Assembly: GCA_965205655.1 (NCBI GenBank)
Contig: CBDBIJ010000037.1
Coordinates: 1-50,561 of the forward strand
Source: Candidatus Latescibacterota bacterium
GTDB lineage: Bacteria; Latescibacterota; UBA2968; UBA8231
DNA length: 50,561 nucleotides
Reading direction: 5' to 3'
Shown here piece after piece: positions 49,617 through 50,561 of this stretch (within the stretch, counting starts at the first letter, position 1; every line of letters begins with the position of its first letter). The notes under the pieces are model-generated. The model did no database searches and was not told where the DNA came from. It saw nothing but the letters and a program-made list of their open reading frames with translations. Both the position numbers and the translations under genes were made by a program.

Positions 49617-50209
49617 TTAAGAGTCGAGTTTCTGACGCCAGAATACCCTGTAGGAGTAGCGCCAGCCATAGGTGACGAACGCGTCTCGCTCTGTGAATGG
49701 CCGCTCGAAAGACCGGGGCCTGATGAGCGTCTTCCAGTTGCGGATCTTCTTGAAAGGGACGGGCGCCTTCCTCTGGCTGGTAGATCCCCATCATATATCG
49801 AAATCCCACCGGGATCGGCTCGGGCAGGGCCATTCGATTGAGTCCCAGCTGCCGCGGCACCACCATCCCGACCCTCCCCGACGAGCTCCAGCTTGCTCTT
49901 GCCGTCGCTCCAGCGAAAAATGAGCAGCTTCACAGGTCGCAGCGCTGCGGCGTAAAACTCCCAGGCAAACACCTCGCCGCCGTCCGCTGATGGCGGAAGC
50001 ACGCGCGTCGTTTCGATAATGGTGAGATTGCGGTCGAGGTTGAGGGTATCACCCTCGGCGAGGTTGAAGACACCGACGGTATCGACTCGTGTCCCGGCTG
50101 CCAGAGCCAGAGCCACTGGGTCTGATGCCGCGGAGTCCGGCGACCGGGGGGGGTCGGGCTCCGCGCAGGCTATTAGCAGCGCCGCCAGCAGGCTCAGGGT
50201 GAGACGCAC
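49617..50209 (-). CDS. Hypothetical lipoprotein with apparent frameshifts
   Basis: Lipobox LIAC. The protein-like reading continues across frame changes near 49870 and 49765 to ...YGWRYSYRVFWRQKLDS*. Confidence 0.5.
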
Positions 50210-50561
50210 TAGTTGGGGAGGATGAGGCGTCGCCAGTACCGAGGCGCCTCTTCCATTTCGCGGCGCCTGGTGTACAGCTTGATCATCTCGACGACTTTGA
50301 GCCGCAGGGCCAACTTGCGCAGATCGATTCGAGACACGTTACCCTTTCTACGGTCGAGGAGTGCCCATCATATTCTGGGCACATTGAATCCGAGGCCGAA
50401 GTAGTAGCGGAACTTGTCGACGAAGACCGGATCCCAGCGACGGGGAATGTCTGCCTCTGTTTCCAGTCCCAGTTCCTCGCGCACGCCTTCGGGTGTCCAT
50501 CTCTCCAAGCCGAGGAAATCTGCCACCTCTTGCCGTTCCCACCCCCTGACACGGTTGCGGT
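50209..50561 (-). CDS. 3' end of a hypothetical gene (partial at window edge) with an internal in-frame TGA
   Basis: ...RWDPVFVDKFRYYFGLGFNVPRI*WALLDRRKGNVSRIDLRKLALRLKVVEMIKLY...LILPN*. The final TAG overlaps the GTG of the next gene. Confidence 0.55.

Overview
GC-rich bacterial chromosomal window with two parts. The gene content and the FKFISYAVWWIRQ-type sigma factor suggest an FCB-group or Latescibacterota-like organism, but this is inference only. (1) Positions 1 to ~14,700 are a decayed accessory region lying downstream of a tRNA-Cys/tRNA-Leu pair. It holds an IS30 (running off the left edge), an IS3-family element, two head-to-head IS630 elements that share one TA target, and a 130-bp IS630-derived MITE. 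It also holds several interrupted genes (GNAT, serine hydrolase, S41 peptidase) and relics of a phage small-terminase-like HTH, a serine recombinase and a group II intron (domains V-VI only). Intact genes here are a sialidase-like protein, a Lys/Ala/Pro histone-H1-like protein, a sigma-70 paralog sitting between a dead partial floA copy and an intact floA-yqfB pair, and a cold-shock protein. (2) Positions ~14,700 to 50,561 are mostly core genes: thyA, pheA, topA-xerC-hslV-hslU, map, nrdR-nrdJ with tandem NrdR boxes, TPR-exbB-exbD-exbD-tonB, ECF sigma/anti-sigma-accD-bioY, an Omp85 barrel, surE, and rpmI-rplT-pheS-pheT-zapB-zapA-rny-ymdB-xseA-xseB-recN-pgsA. The most notable signal is a full-length xerC at its canonical locus that has lost the catalytic tyrosine and both catalytic histidines. 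Single-base indels in homopolymer runs of pheT, plus other single-base frameshifts (e.g. zapA), indicate some sequencing or assembly error, so frameshift-based pseudogene calls are tentative. No CRISPR array or rRNA was found.
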